DNA of 64,000 nt from an uncultured Acidobacteriota bacterium (GCA_963843385.1 CAWJJY010000003.1:576014-640013), one strand, 5' to 3'. Shown: positions 50,173-59,607, counted from the first letter of the stretch. Notes: generated from the letters alone by a model not told the origin. Numbers and translations: made by a program.

Positions 50173-51537
50173 TCAGGGCCGCTTGGGCCTGACCCCGGCC
50201 TCGACGGCCGCAATGCGCCATCCGCACTCCTTGCACTTGGGATCCTGTGACTCGTCGGCCATGAAGGCCTCCGGGCCTTCCCGGCCGCAGTCGCAGGGCA
50301 GCGTCTTCACGGGCACCGACGAGTCCCGGAACCGTGTGAGCAGGCGGACGACGTGGGACGGCCGTTGCAGGAAGATGGCCATCGCCGCGGTCACATAGAG
50401 CAGCGAGAACACCGGGTGAATGAGCGAGGATCCCACGCCGAAGAACCCGTTGCCGGTCTGGTCGATGATGTTGGGCAGGATGAGCTGGCCCGCGAAGAGC
50501 CCGAAGAGCAGCAGGCCGCCGGAGAGCGTCAGCCGCATCGACGCCAGCAGCGCGACGCCGAGCATCGACTGAGCCGCCGTGAGGAGGATCTCGGACATCT
50601 GCACCGACCCCATGGGGATGGGGTGGTCGATTGCGCCATGCGACACCGCGAACACGCCGGGGATCATGCCAACCAGCAGCGTCCACTGGTTGAGCTTGGA
50701 CGACAGCAGGCTGCCAAGCGCGAGATTGGCCTGACCGCGCCAGGCGAACACCAGCGCCACGATGAACTCAGGCGCTTCCGACGCCACCGGCGCAAGCCAC
50801 TGGACGAGCAGGAACTGGTTGATGCCGAGCGTCCGGCCCGTGGCGAGCAGGCCTTCGCAGAACGTCTCCGCGTTGGCGAGGATGGTGCCCGCGGCAAAGA
50901 CGAACAGCGCCAGCGTGGCCCACCGCCGCTTCTTCCGGGGCAGCGCCGCGATGACCGCGCCCGGTCCGATCGCTTCCGACTCCTCGGTCGGCCGGCGGGC
51001 GGCAAGGACGATGTACCAGACGTAGAGCGCGAGAAACACGACCCCGTCGTACCAGGCCAGCGTTCCCTTCAGCGGCACGATGAACGCGTAGGCGGTCGCG
51101 GCGCCCAGGAAGGCGAGTTCCAGTCGCCGCTCGGGCCCGATTCGGACGGGGCGGCGGAATCGCACCCAGAACAGCAACGCGATCGCGCCCCACGCGACGC
51201 CGATCAGGAGCCGATTGGCTCCGGTCATGTTCGCGATCGCGAACTTGGAGTAGTCGCTGGCAGGGTTCTGGCCCGCCTGCCACGTGAAGTACATGTCGAC
51301 CGCGTACTCGGGCAACACGGCGACCAGCGCCACGACGGCGAGTGCGAGGGCCTGGGAAATATCCGCCTGGGCCGCGTCGCACGCCCACAGCAGCAGGAAG
51401 GACGCCCCGAGGATCGCAATCCCGGAGACGAGAGTCTCTACCGGTGGAGACTGGGTGACGCCAAGCAGGTGCAGGGCGATCCCTGGAATCGCGGCACCGG
51501 CCGCAATGAAAAGGGGCAGGAGACGTTTATGTTTCAT
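50173..51537 (-). CDS. CaCA-family (Na+/Ca2+ exchanger-like) cation antiporter with a C-terminal Cys4 tail
   Basis: About 10 TM segments in two halves with alpha-repeat-like segments (VALVAVLPEYAV.., LAPVASEAPEFIVAL). The tail is CDCGREG..CKECGW. The start is set at MKHKRLL. Confidence 0.75.
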   Translation of the reverse strand: MKHKRLLPLFIAAGAAIPGIALHLLGVTQSPPVETLVSGIAILGASFLLLWACDAAQADISQALALAVVALVAVLPEYAVDMYFTWQAGQNPASDYSKFAIANMTGANRLLIGVAWGAIALLFWVRFRRPVRIGPERRLELAFLGAATAYAFIVPLKGTLAWYDGVVFLALYVWYIVLAARRPTEESEAIGPGAVIAALPRKKRRWATLALFVFAAGTILANAETFCEGLLATGRTLGINQFLLVQWLAPVASEAPEFIVALVFAWRGQANLALGSLLSSKLNQWTLLVGMIPGVFAVSHGAIDHPIPMGSVQMSEILLTAAQSMLGVALLASMRLTLSGGLLLFGLFAGQLILPNIIDQTGNGFFGVGSSLIHPVFSLLYVTAAMAIFLQRPSHVVRLLTRFRDSSVPVKTLPCDCGREGPEAFMADESQDPKCKECGWRIAAVEAGVRPKRP

Positions 51538-51593
51538 GATCCGCCGGGCGCTGCGTGGCGGACTTCGGCCACGCGTTCGCTGGTGCAACGCGC

Positions 51594-51708
51594 AGCCAAA
51601 GGTCTGGCACCCGGGGGGGCAAACGGTCAGGAGGCCAGAAGGTCGATCCTTCGGGATTGTTGACCTTCCTGAAACCACCGGCGGTGGTTCTGCTACTCCC
51701 CTTTGGCG
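51594..51708 (-). promoter_or_regulatory. yybP-ykoY (Mn2+) riboswitch aptamer in the 5' leader of the CaCA gene
   Basis: On the minus strand it reads CCAAAGGGGAGUAGC ... GGUCAACAAUCC ... GCCAGACCUUUGG. P1 (CCAAAGG/CCUUUGG) and the conserved GGGGAGUAG and AGACC elements are present. Confidence 0.7.
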
Positions 51709-51719
51709 GGGACATCTCA

Positions 51720-51748
51720 ATGGTAGCACCGCGATGAGACGCCGGCAA
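51720..51748 (-). promoter_or_regulatory. Sigma70-type promoter for the riboswitch leader
   Basis: TTGCCG, a 17-nt spacer, then TACCAT. The -10 element ends 11 nt before the aptamer P1. Confidence 0.45.
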
Positions 51749-51981
51749 ACCTGATCGCGTTCCTTCGGCTGGACAGCCAGGTCGACCACCCGCACCGCGC
51801 ACGGTCGATTGAGAGCGCGCGAACAACGTGCGCCGCAGGTTGTCCGATCGCCATACAATGGGTTTCGTCGAAGCAAACCGAATCGCTGCGGGCGGCGTGA
51901 AAGGTCGCCCGCGGCTTCTGGCCACCAGCCGGCGGCCGGAAACCGGAACGTCGTTGCAGCGATCACTCGAGGGCGACTGTT

Positions 51982-52659
51982 GTGAGCTCCTTCATCCCTG
52001 AGGCGGTTGCCGCCTACCTGGCGTCGCTGACCCGGTTGGGTGACGACCTGCTCGAGTCGGTCCGGCGTCGATCGGTGACGGACAAGGTCCCTGCGGTCGC
52101 CCCCGAGACTGGAGCGCTGCTGCAGGTTGTCGCATCGCTCGCCGGTGCGAAACGAATCCTGGAACTCGGCACGGGCTACGGATACTCCACCATCTGGCTC
52201 GGGCGGGCCTTGCCGCCGGACGGCCGGCTGATCAGCATGGAACATGACGCCGCGCGTGCCGCGACCGCGCGGGAGCACATCGCGCAGGCCGGACTCTCTG
52301 ACCAGGTCAGCGTGATCGTGGGAGACGCAGCGCGATTCCTGGCGAAGGTGGCCGGGCCGTTCGACCTCGTCTTCCAGGATGCCGACAAGGCGTTGTATCT
52401 GACCTCCTACGACCGGGTCATCGAACTGCTCGGGCCGGGCGGCACCCTGATTGCCGACAACGTACTGTGGGGCGGCGACGTCGTGCCGGGCTACGAGGGC
52501 GCCGCGGGGCATCCCCGTGACACGGTCACCGCCATCAGCTCGTACAACGACCGGCTTGCGGCCGACATCCGACTGCGCACGATCTTTCTTCCAGTCGGTG
52601 ACGGCGTGGCCGTGTCTGTGAAGAAACCGGACGAAGGACACCCTCAACGATCATCATGA
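51982..52659 (+). CDS. Class I SAM-dependent O-methyltransferase (family 3, caffeoyl-CoA OMT-like)
   Basis: ILELGTGYGYSTIWL and VFQDADK motifs. GTG start. Confidence 0.8.
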   Translation: MSSFIPEAVAAYLASLTRLGDDLLESVRRRSVTDKVPAVAPETGALLQVVASLAGAKRILELGTGYGYSTIWLGRALPPDGRLISMEHDAARAATAREHIAQAGLSDQVSVIVGDAARFLAKVAGPFDLVFQDADKALYLTSYDRVIELLGPGGTLIADNVLWGGDVVPGYEGAAGHPRDTVTAISSYNDRLAADIRLRTIFLPVGDGVAVSVKKPDEGHPQRSS

Positions 52660-52865
52660 ACATCGACACCTGGCTCGAGGTGGCATCCGCCGACGTGGAT
52701 CGGCGAGGATTGCCGCAACTGAAACCCCTCCTCACCGCCCTGGCGCGCTCCACCCGCGTCCTGCGCGCGGCTGACTGGAACGAGTCCGCTGCCGGCGAGG
52801 GCCAGGGGCCCACGGAGCGCGAACATCCTCGCGACGATACGGCGGGCGGGGGCACACGGCGATGA
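52656..52865 (+). CDS. Small GatC/AtzG-like (DUF4089-like) protein, putative amidase partner
   Basis: 69 codons, with ATGA overlaps to both neighbours. The N-terminal 40 aa (IDTWLEVASADVDRRGLPQLKPLLTALARSTRVL) loosely fit the AtzG/GatC helical pattern. Confidence 0.5.
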   Translation: MNIDTWLEVASADVDRRGLPQLKPLLTALARSTRVLRAADWNESAAGEGQGPTEREHPRDDTAGGGTRR

Positions 52866-54223
52866 CCCCACCCCTGCAGCGGACGACGATCACCGACCTT
52901 GCGCCCCGCATCGCGCGACGGGAGGTGTCGTCGCGCGAGTTGACGGAAGCCTGCCTCGCGGCGATTGAAGAGAGAAACGACGAACTGCGCGCGTTCATCA
53001 CGGTTCTGGCGGACGAAGCACGGGCGCAGGCTGACGCTGCCGACGCAGAGGTCGCCGCCGGTCGCTGGCGCGGCCCCCTTCACGGGATGCCGATCTCGCT
53101 GAAGGACCTGCTGGATCTTCGCGGGGTCGCGACCACGGCGGCCTCGCGTGTTCGCGCAGGTCACCGCGCCACGGGCGATGCGCTTGCCGTCTCGCGGCTG
53201 CGAGAAGCAGGGGCCGTCTTCGTCGGCAAGTGCAATCTCCACGAGTTCGCCTTCGGGACGACCAGCGAGGACTCGGCCTACGGCGCGGTCCGCCATCCTG
53301 TGGATCCGTCGCGGTCGCCCGGCGGGTCGAGCGGCGGATCGGCCGTCTCGATCGTCACGGGCATGTCGTTGGCCTCGGTCGGTACCGATACGGGAGGATC
53401 GATTCGGATCCCGTCGGCCGCATGCGGCACGGTGGGGCTCAAGCCCGCCTTCGGCGAGATCCCGTGCGACGGCGTCGTTCCGCTCACCCGATCGCTCGAC
53501 CACGTGGGACCGCTCGCCCGCAGCGTGTCGGACGCCTGGCTCCTGTATGTGGTCATGCGCGGCGATCCGGCCGCCGCTCGCTGGCCGCTCCCGACCCGGG
53601 ACTCGGTGCGCGCGCTCACGATCGGCGTGCCGCGTCGCTATTTCTTCGAGGTGCTCGAGTCGGATGTGCGGGCACGCATCGACGAGGCGTTGGCAGGGTT
53701 TGCCGCGAACGGAGCGACGCTGGTCGATGTGGAGATCCCGCACGCGGAGGAAATCGCCACGATCTACCTTCACGCACAGCTTCCCGAAGCGGCGGCCTAC
53801 CATGCCACGACCGTCGCCGAACGGCCGGACGACTACACGCCTGCCGTGCGGCTGCGGATTGAAATGGCTCGCTACGTCCTGGCCGAGGACTACATCCGGG
53901 CCCAGATGGGTCGCGACGTCCTGCGACAGGAAGTGGATCGGGCCCTGGCGCGCTGCGACGTGCTGGCCCTGCCGACCCTGCCAATCCCGGCTCCCCCGAT
54001 CGGGGCGAACACGGTACCGGTCAGTGACGGGGAGCAGCCCGTGCGCAACCTGATGCTCCGGCTGACCCAGCTCTTCAACCTGACCGGGCACCCTGCCCTG
54101 TCGCTCCCCTGCGGCTCGACCCGTGCGGGCCTGCCCTGCGGGCTCCAGTTGGTCGGTAAGCGAGATGAGACCGAAGCCCTGCTCGGCGCCGCATCGGCCT
54201 GCGAAAAGGCGCTCGGTATCTAG
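52862..54223 (+). CDS. Amidase-signature family enzyme (GatA/AtzE-like)
   Basis: GMPISLKDL, GGSSGGSA and GTDTGGSIRIPSAACG motifs. Confidence 0.9.
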   Translation: MTPPLQRTTITDLAPRIARREVSSRELTEACLAAIEERNDELRAFITVLADEARAQADAADAEVAAGRWRGPLHGMPISLKDLLDLRGVATTAASRVRAGHRATGDALAVSRLREAGAVFVGKCNLHEFAFGTTSEDSAYGAVRHPVDPSRSPGGSSGGSAVSIVTGMSLASVGTDTGGSIRIPSAACGTVGLKPAFGEIPCDGVVPLTRSLDHVGPLARSVSDAWLLYVVMRGDPAAARWPLPTRDSVRALTIGVPRRYFFEVLESDVRARIDEALAGFAANGATLVDVEIPHAEEIATIYLHAQLPEAAAYHATTVAERPDDYTPAVRLRIEMARYVLAEDYIRAQMGRDVLRQEVDRALARCDVLALPTLPIPAPPIGANTVPVSDGEQPVRNLMLRLTQLFNLTGHPALSLPCGSTRAGLPCGLQLVGKRDETEALLGAASACEKALGI

Positions 54224-54265
54224 GGGCTTGGCCGCGGGGCTGGGGCTTGAGGCTTGAGGCTAGTC
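54224..54265. repeat. G-rich heptamer array (about 6 units, GGCTTGA-like) abutting the amidase stop codon
   Basis: Units are gggcttg, gccgcgg, ggctggg, gcttgag, gcttgag, gctagtc. Related inverted copies lie at 54334-54353 and 54371-54389. Confidence 0.75.
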
Positions 54266-54389
54266 AGATTGTGGTCACGCTGCGGGATACCCTTGGCGGC
54301 GGAATTGCGGCGTGAGGAGAAGATCGAACTAGCGCCGAGCCCCAAGTCCCTAGAAACTCGCACTGGCGCGGAAGCCCGAGAGTCCCTGG

Positions 54390-54593
54390 TTACAGGTACT
54401 TGAGGATTCCCTGGAACGCCTGATAGATGACCCCGGCGAGTTCTCTCACCAGCGGAGACACACGGCCTTGATCGATGGCGTCGGCCACCGTCACCGGATC
54501 GGTGATCAGGAGCCAGATCGTCGCGCTGGCCAGCACGACCGACAGCAAGGCTACGGTCCCGAACAAGCTAAGACTCAGTCGAGCCAGGCTCAT
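54390..54593 (-). CDS. Small single-TM membrane protein (67 aa)
   Basis: MSLARLSLSLFGTVALLSVVLASATIWLL followed by an amphipathic tail. The start is set at the internal ATG. Confidence 0.45.
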   Translation of the reverse strand: MSLARLSLSLFGTVALLSVVLASATIWLLITDPVTVADAIDQGRVSPLVRELAGVIYQAFQGILKYL

Positions 54594-54811
54594 AGGATGA
54601 CTACCGGGGTAGTTTACACCTTGAACAAGTGTCCGGATCCTACTACGCACCGCCGGTACGGAGGGTTCCACCCCCATTGTGAGACGTCCGTACCACGGAA
54701 AAGGTTGGGATCTGATCGAGATGGCGAGGGGCCTCACCGCGGCGGGCCGGAGGGATCGCAGCCATCATCGAGAACGAGGTCTTGGGCTGGCCGAAAATGT
54801 CTGACTGATGG

Positions 54812-56032
54812 CTAATTGCGACTGCCAAGTCCCGAGGTCGTGATCGCCGGGGGCCGCATAAGCCTCACCATGGCCAGCACCCCGAGCATCGGCCCGGGTG
54901 TGATCAGCAGGAATGCCCACTGCCACCCGACCCACGCCGCCACTTCCGAGACGGCACGAATCGAGATCATGGTCAGCAGGAACCCCAGGCACGTCTGAAC
55001 GGTCAACGCGGTCCCCACGTGATCCGACGCCGTCGTCTCGGAGACGATGGCGGAGAACTGCGCCGAGTCGGCCACCACCGCGAATCCCCAGATCGCGATG
55101 AACAGGTAGAGGACCGGCTGAGGCGCCAGGAAGAAGAGCGCGGACATCGCGCAGCAGGTCGCGCTGACCATCATGGCCCACGCCGCGACCCGTGCCTTTC
55201 CGCTCCGGTCGGCGTAGAGCCCGGCCACGACGCACCCGAGCGCGCCGCAGGCAATGGCGACAAAGGCTGCCAGGGATCCGGCCCTCGCGGCATCCGGGAT
55301 GTGGCGTGCCGTCAGGCTTGCGGTGACATAGAGCGCCACCCATGCCCAGAAGGAATAGAGCTCCCACATGTGGCCGAGGTAGCCCAGCGTGGCAAGGCGG
55401 GGGGCGCGGCGCGTGAAGACGCGCAGTGCCGCCCTCGGATCGAACGGCGCGGTGGCGGCGAGGTGCGGACCGTCGCGAACCCAGAGGACGACGAGCAATC
55501 CGCCGGCCAGCCCGAACCACGAGGCGGTCAGCATGACGGTCCGCCACGACTCGCCCGGGAAGCCCGCGAGCAGATAGGGCGTGGCCTTGCCGACCGTCAG
55601 GCACCCGATGAGGATGCCGAGCGCCACGCCGCGCCGATCCACGAACCAGCTGGCGGCAATCTTCATCGCCGGCGGGTAGACCAGCGCGAGCGAGGCCCCG
55701 GTCAGGAACCGCAGGGCCACGACCTCGGATGGCGACCGAACGATCGCGATGGAGGCGTTGGCGGCGGACCCGATGAGACACCCGATGCCGAAGACCCAGC
55801 GCGGGCTGATCAGATCGGACAGGTTGAGCAGCGCGCTGATGAGCGTCCCGGCGACGAAACCGCCCTGCACCGCCATGGTCAGCCAGGCGGCCTGCGCGGG
55901 GCCCATGTGCAGGTCGGCCACGATGGCCGGGGTCACGGCGGTCGCCGAAAACCACAGCGTCATGCCCAGGAACTCGCCGAGCCCGAGGATGGCGAGCATC
56001 CGCCACGCGAGATCGTCGTTTACCGTTCCCAT
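54812..56032 (-). CDS. MFS transporter
   Basis: 12 TM segments. Confidence 0.8.
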   Translation of the reverse strand: MGTVNDDLAWRMLAILGLGEFLGMTLWFSATAVTPAIVADLHMGPAQAAWLTMAVQGGFVAGTLISALLNLSDLISPRWVFGIGCLIGSAANASIAIVRSPSEVVALRFLTGASLALVYPPAMKIAASWFVDRRGVALGILIGCLTVGKATPYLLAGFPGESWRTVMLTASWFGLAGGLLVVLWVRDGPHLAATAPFDPRAALRVFTRRAPRLATLGYLGHMWELYSFWAWVALYVTASLTARHIPDAARAGSLAAFVAIACGALGCVVAGLYADRSGKARVAAWAMMVSATCCAMSALFFLAPQPVLYLFIAIWGFAVVADSAQFSAIVSETTASDHVGTALTVQTCLGFLLTMISIRAVSEVAAWVGWQWAFLLITPGPMLGVLAMVRLMRPPAITTSGLGSRN

Positions 56033-56171
56033 GCTTTGCCGATACGATGGCTCTTGTAGGTGTTGCCGCGCTCCCGGCCCTCGTCAGTGAAGGTCCTATC
56101 ATCGGGTACGCGGCTCGCGATCGACAAGCGGCATTTGCCGCGAGCCTGGCAGCCTGGTCCGGGGTGATGGC

Positions 56172-57476
56172 GTGGACATTCCTTACACGAAGCGGGTGCT
56201 CTCGAACGGACTCCAGGTAATCGTGCACGAGGACCACGCCTGCCCGATCGTGGCCGTCAACCTCTGGTATCACGTCGGCTCGAAGGACGAGAGTGCGGGC
56301 CGAACGGGCTTCGCGCACCTGTTCGAACACCTGATGTTCGAAGGGTCGGCGCACCACGACTCGGGCTATTTCGAGCCGCTGCAGCAGGTGGGCGGGTCGG
56401 TGAACGGCTCGACCAACACCGATCGGACCAACTACTGGGAGGTCGTGCCGGCCAATGCCCTGGAGCTGGCGCTGTGGATGGAATCGGATCGGATGGGGTA
56501 CTTCCTGCCCGCGCTGACCCAGGAGAAGTTCGAGAACCAGCGCGAGGTCGTGCTCAACGAGCGGCGCCAGTCCTACGAGAACCGCCCGTACGGCATGGCG
56601 AACATGGCGATTGTCGAGGCCCTGTTCCCTCCCGACCATCCGTACCGCTGGACGACGATCGGCGCCCCCGATGATCTGCGCGCGGCGTCGCTCGACGAGG
56701 TCCGCGAATTCTTCGCCGCCCACTATCACCCGGCCAACGCGTCGATCGCGCTGGCGGGCGATCTCGACGCGGCGGCTGCCATCGGGCTGGTCGCGGACTT
56801 CTTCGGGGACATTCCGCCTGGCGACAAAACGGCGCCCGTCGCGCGCCCCCGGCTGCCCGACGGGAATCGCCGCCTGATGATCGAAGATCGCGTTGAACTT
56901 CCGCGGATCTACGTGAGCTGGCAGACCCCGGCGATGTTCGAACCGGGCGATGCGGAGTTCGACCTCCTCGGCGACGTGCTCGGCGGAGGCAAGGCGTCGA
57001 GACTCTACAGCAAGCTCGTCTACGAACGTCGGATTGCGACCGAGGTCGCCTCCTTCCAGAATTCCCGCGAACTCGGCAGCTATTTCCAGATCGTGGCGAC
57101 CGGCGTCCCCGGCATCCCGCTTGCCCGGATCGAGGAGGCGATCCTCGAGGAAGTCGCGGCACTCCGCGGCCAGGGACCGACCTCCAACGAGCTCGAGCGC
57201 TCGATGACGCTGACCGAGGCGCACTTCGTGTATCGCATCCAGACCGTCGGGGGTTTTGGCGGCAAGTCCGACCAGCTGAACGCCTACAACGTCTTTCTGT
57301 CCGACCCGGGCTCGTTCGATCGAGACCTCGAGCGATACCGCCGCGCGACACCCGAAACGGTTCGGTCGGCTTCCCGTCAGTACCTGTCGCCCGATCGGGC
57401 GGTCACGCTGAGCGTCGTCCCGCGCGGCCGCCCCGATCTGGCCGCGCCTGGCTCGGAACTGGTGGTGCCGTCGTGA
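56172..57476 (+). CDS. M16 (pitrilysin-family) zinc peptidase, catalytic subunit
   Basis: HxxEH motif in GFAHLFEHLMFEGS. Confidence 0.9.
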   Translation: MDIPYTKRVLSNGLQVIVHEDHACPIVAVNLWYHVGSKDESAGRTGFAHLFEHLMFEGSAHHDSGYFEPLQQVGGSVNGSTNTDRTNYWEVVPANALELALWMESDRMGYFLPALTQEKFENQREVVLNERRQSYENRPYGMANMAIVEALFPPDHPYRWTTIGAPDDLRAASLDEVREFFAAHYHPANASIALAGDLDAAAAIGLVADFFGDIPPGDKTAPVARPRLPDGNRRLMIEDRVELPRIYVSWQTPAMFEPGDAEFDLLGDVLGGGKASRLYSKLVYERRIATEVASFQNSRELGSYFQIVATGVPGIPLARIEEAILEEVAALRGQGPTSNELERSMTLTEAHFVYRIQTVGGFGGKSDQLNAYNVFLSDPGSFDRDLERYRRATPETVRSASRQYLSPDRAVTLSVVPRGRPDLAAPGSELVVPS

Positions 57477-58858
57477 CAGAGGTCGATCGGTCGCGCCTGC
57501 CGACGCCGGGGGCCGAGCCTCCGTTCCGGTTCCCTCTGGTCGAGAAGAGCCGGTTGCCCAACGGCCTGTCCGTCTGGTCGGTGGAGCGCCCGGCCCTACC
57601 GATGGTGAGCTTCGTGCTGCTGGTCCCGGCCGGCGCGGCGACCGATCCCGAGTCGCGGCCGGGACTGGCTGCGCTCACGGCTGACATGCTGGACGAGGGC
57701 AGCGGCGATCGATCGGCGATCGACATTCAGGACGCGCTGGCGCGCCTCGGAGCCGACCTGGACACCGAGGTGGGGCCCGACGCGGCCGTTCTCGCCCTCA
57801 CGACGTTGAGCCGGCTCGTGCGCCAGTCGCTCGGGCTTCTGGCCGACATCGTCGTGCGACCACGAATCGCGCAGGCCGATCTCGATCGGGTCCGCGATCT
57901 CCGCCTCAACCGCCTGCTGCAACTGCGGGACGTACCGTCGGCCCTGGCCGAACGGGTCTTCCTGTCTCGGGTGTTCGGGAGCCATCCGTACGGACACCTT
58001 CCCATCGGCACGTCGATCGGGCTGCGCGAGGTGTCGCGCGCTGATGTGTCCGCGTTCCACGAGCGCGCGTACCTGCCGTCCCGCGCCACCCTGGTGGCGG
58101 TGGGGGCCGCGTCGCATGAGTCGATCGTCGAGGCCGCGGGCGAGGCTTTCGGAACGTGGAAGGACGTGCCGTCAGATATCCATCTCGATGACCGTCTCGG
58201 CTCGCCCATCGGAGAACCCGGGGTCCCGGCGCCATCGCGGCTGGTCGTCGTCGATCGGCATGGCGCGGCCCAGTCGGAGCTGCGGATCGGACACGTCGCG
58301 GCGGCGCGGCGGTCGCCCGACTATTACGCGCTTCTCGTGCTGAACACGGTCCTCGGCGGTCAGTTCGTCAGCCGGATCAACACGAATCTGCGCGAGCAGA
58401 AGGGCTACACCTACGGCGCCCACACGATGTTCGAGTTCAGGCGGGGCCGCGGTCCCTTCGTGATGCAGGCCGGGGTGCGAACCGACGCGACCGTGGATGC
58501 GATTCGTGAGTCGCTGCGGGAGATCAGCGCGATCCGCGGCGAACGCCCGCCGACCGTCGATGAGCTGGCGCTGTCACGCGATGCGCTGACGTTGGGATAT
58601 CCGCGGAGCTTCGAGACCGGCGGCCAGATCGCGCGGGCACTGGCCCAGCTGGTCCTCTACGACCTGCCAGACACGACCTTCGAGGAATTCACGCCTTCGG
58701 TCCGGGCCGTCGACGCGGCCGCGGTGTCCGACGTGGCACGGCGGCAGGTGGACCCGGAGCGGCTGGTCGTCGTGATCGTCGGCGATCGCGCGCGCATCGC
58801 ACCGGAGCTGAACTCGCTCGGGCTGGGCGATGCGATGGAAGCGGGCGTCGACTTCTGA
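57473..58858 (+). CDS. M16 peptidase-like protein, non-catalytic partner
   Basis: M16 fold without HxxEH. Its GTG start overlaps the upstream stop (GTGA). Confidence 0.85.
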   Translation: MTEVDRSRLPTPGAEPPFRFPLVEKSRLPNGLSVWSVERPALPMVSFVLLVPAGAATDPESRPGLAALTADMLDEGSGDRSAIDIQDALARLGADLDTEVGPDAAVLALTTLSRLVRQSLGLLADIVVRPRIAQADLDRVRDLRLNRLLQLRDVPSALAERVFLSRVFGSHPYGHLPIGTSIGLREVSRADVSAFHERAYLPSRATLVAVGAASHESIVEAAGEAFGTWKDVPSDIHLDDRLGSPIGEPGVPAPSRLVVVDRHGAAQSELRIGHVAAARRSPDYYALLVLNTVLGGQFVSRINTNLREQKGYTYGAHTMFEFRRGRGPFVMQAGVRTDATVDAIRESLREISAIRGERPPTVDELALSRDALTLGYPRSFETGGQIARALAQLVLYDLPDTTFEEFTPSVRAVDAAAVSDVARRQVDPERLVVVIVGDRARIAPELNSLGLGDAMEAGVDF

Positions 58859-58958
58859 CGCGCCCGTGAGAGGTCGCAGCCGCGGGCCGGCACCCGAGAC
58901 GAAGGCCGCGAGGCTCCTGTCCGGCGAGGCCGCGCGGCGACCATCTGCAACGTGAGCT

Positions 58959-58982
58959 GGCGCCCCGCCGAAACGGGGCGCC
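58959..58982. terminator. Strong bidirectional hairpin between convergent genes
   Basis: ggcgccccg / cggggcgcc 9-bp GC stem with loop ccgaaa. Confidence 0.6.
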
Positions 58983-59016
58983 CCTTCGTCACATTCCGCA
59001 GATCAATCAGATTCCG

Positions 59017-59607
59017 TCACAGCCGCGGGATGAGGGCCGGTGCGGCGACCGCGCTGACGATCACTCCGACGATGATCGACAGCACGATGACGACCAGCGC
59101 GGCGACGATCATGTAGGGGATCACCTTGTCGGGCGGGGTCTGCATCATGACGGGCAGACCGAGGTAGAAGAGGTAGATCGAATAGAGGCTCACCAGCGCG
59201 GCCAGGATGCCGAGCGCCGGGATGATCCCGAGCACGCCCGCGATCCAGGCCGGTGTGTAGGCGTAGGCCACCAGCTTCAGCGCCTGGACCGTGTCGCCCT
59301 TCGAACCGAAGGACGGCGCCAGTTTCTCGATGACGATCGCCGAAATATAGCAGGACACGAGCGTGAGCACGTACCCCACGACCGCGCCTACCAGCCCCGC
59401 CCCAAACCCGATCCGGACCTGCCCGATGAACGGGACCGAAATCCCGATGACGGAGTGGCCGATGAAGGTCGCGACCACCGGGATCGCCGCCAGCAGGCAG
59501 ATGTAGGTGCGGAACAGCGTGGCGACGTCGGTCTGTTCCTGGGCGATGACCGGCCATTCCTCTTTCGGCTTCGTGCTGATGTTGATGATCCTGGCCTGGA
59601 GGTTCAT
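59017..59607 (-). CDS. Yip1-domain (YohC/DUF1282-like) membrane protein
   Basis: 5 TM segments and N-terminal MNLQARIINISTKPKEEWPVI. GGAG SD 8 nt upstream of the ATG at 59607. Confidence 0.75.
   Translation of the reverse strand: MNLQARIINISTKPKEEWPVIAQEQTDVATLFRTYICLLAAIPVVATFIGHSVIGISVPFIGQVRIGFGAGLVGAVVGYVLTLVSCYISAIVIEKLAPSFGSKGDTVQALKLVAYAYTPAWIAGVLGIIPALGILAALVSLYSIYLFYLGLPVMMQTPPDKVIPYMIVAALVVIVLSIIVGVIVSAVAAPALIPRL

Noticed and set aside
50173-52647. 824-aa minus-strand ORF spanning the CaCA gene, the riboswitch region and the antisense strand of the O-methyltransferase.
   Set aside because: Only the C-terminal 454 codons (from MKHKRLL at 51537) are transporter-like. The upstream part covers a recognisable riboswitch and promoter, and the antisense strand of a real gene.
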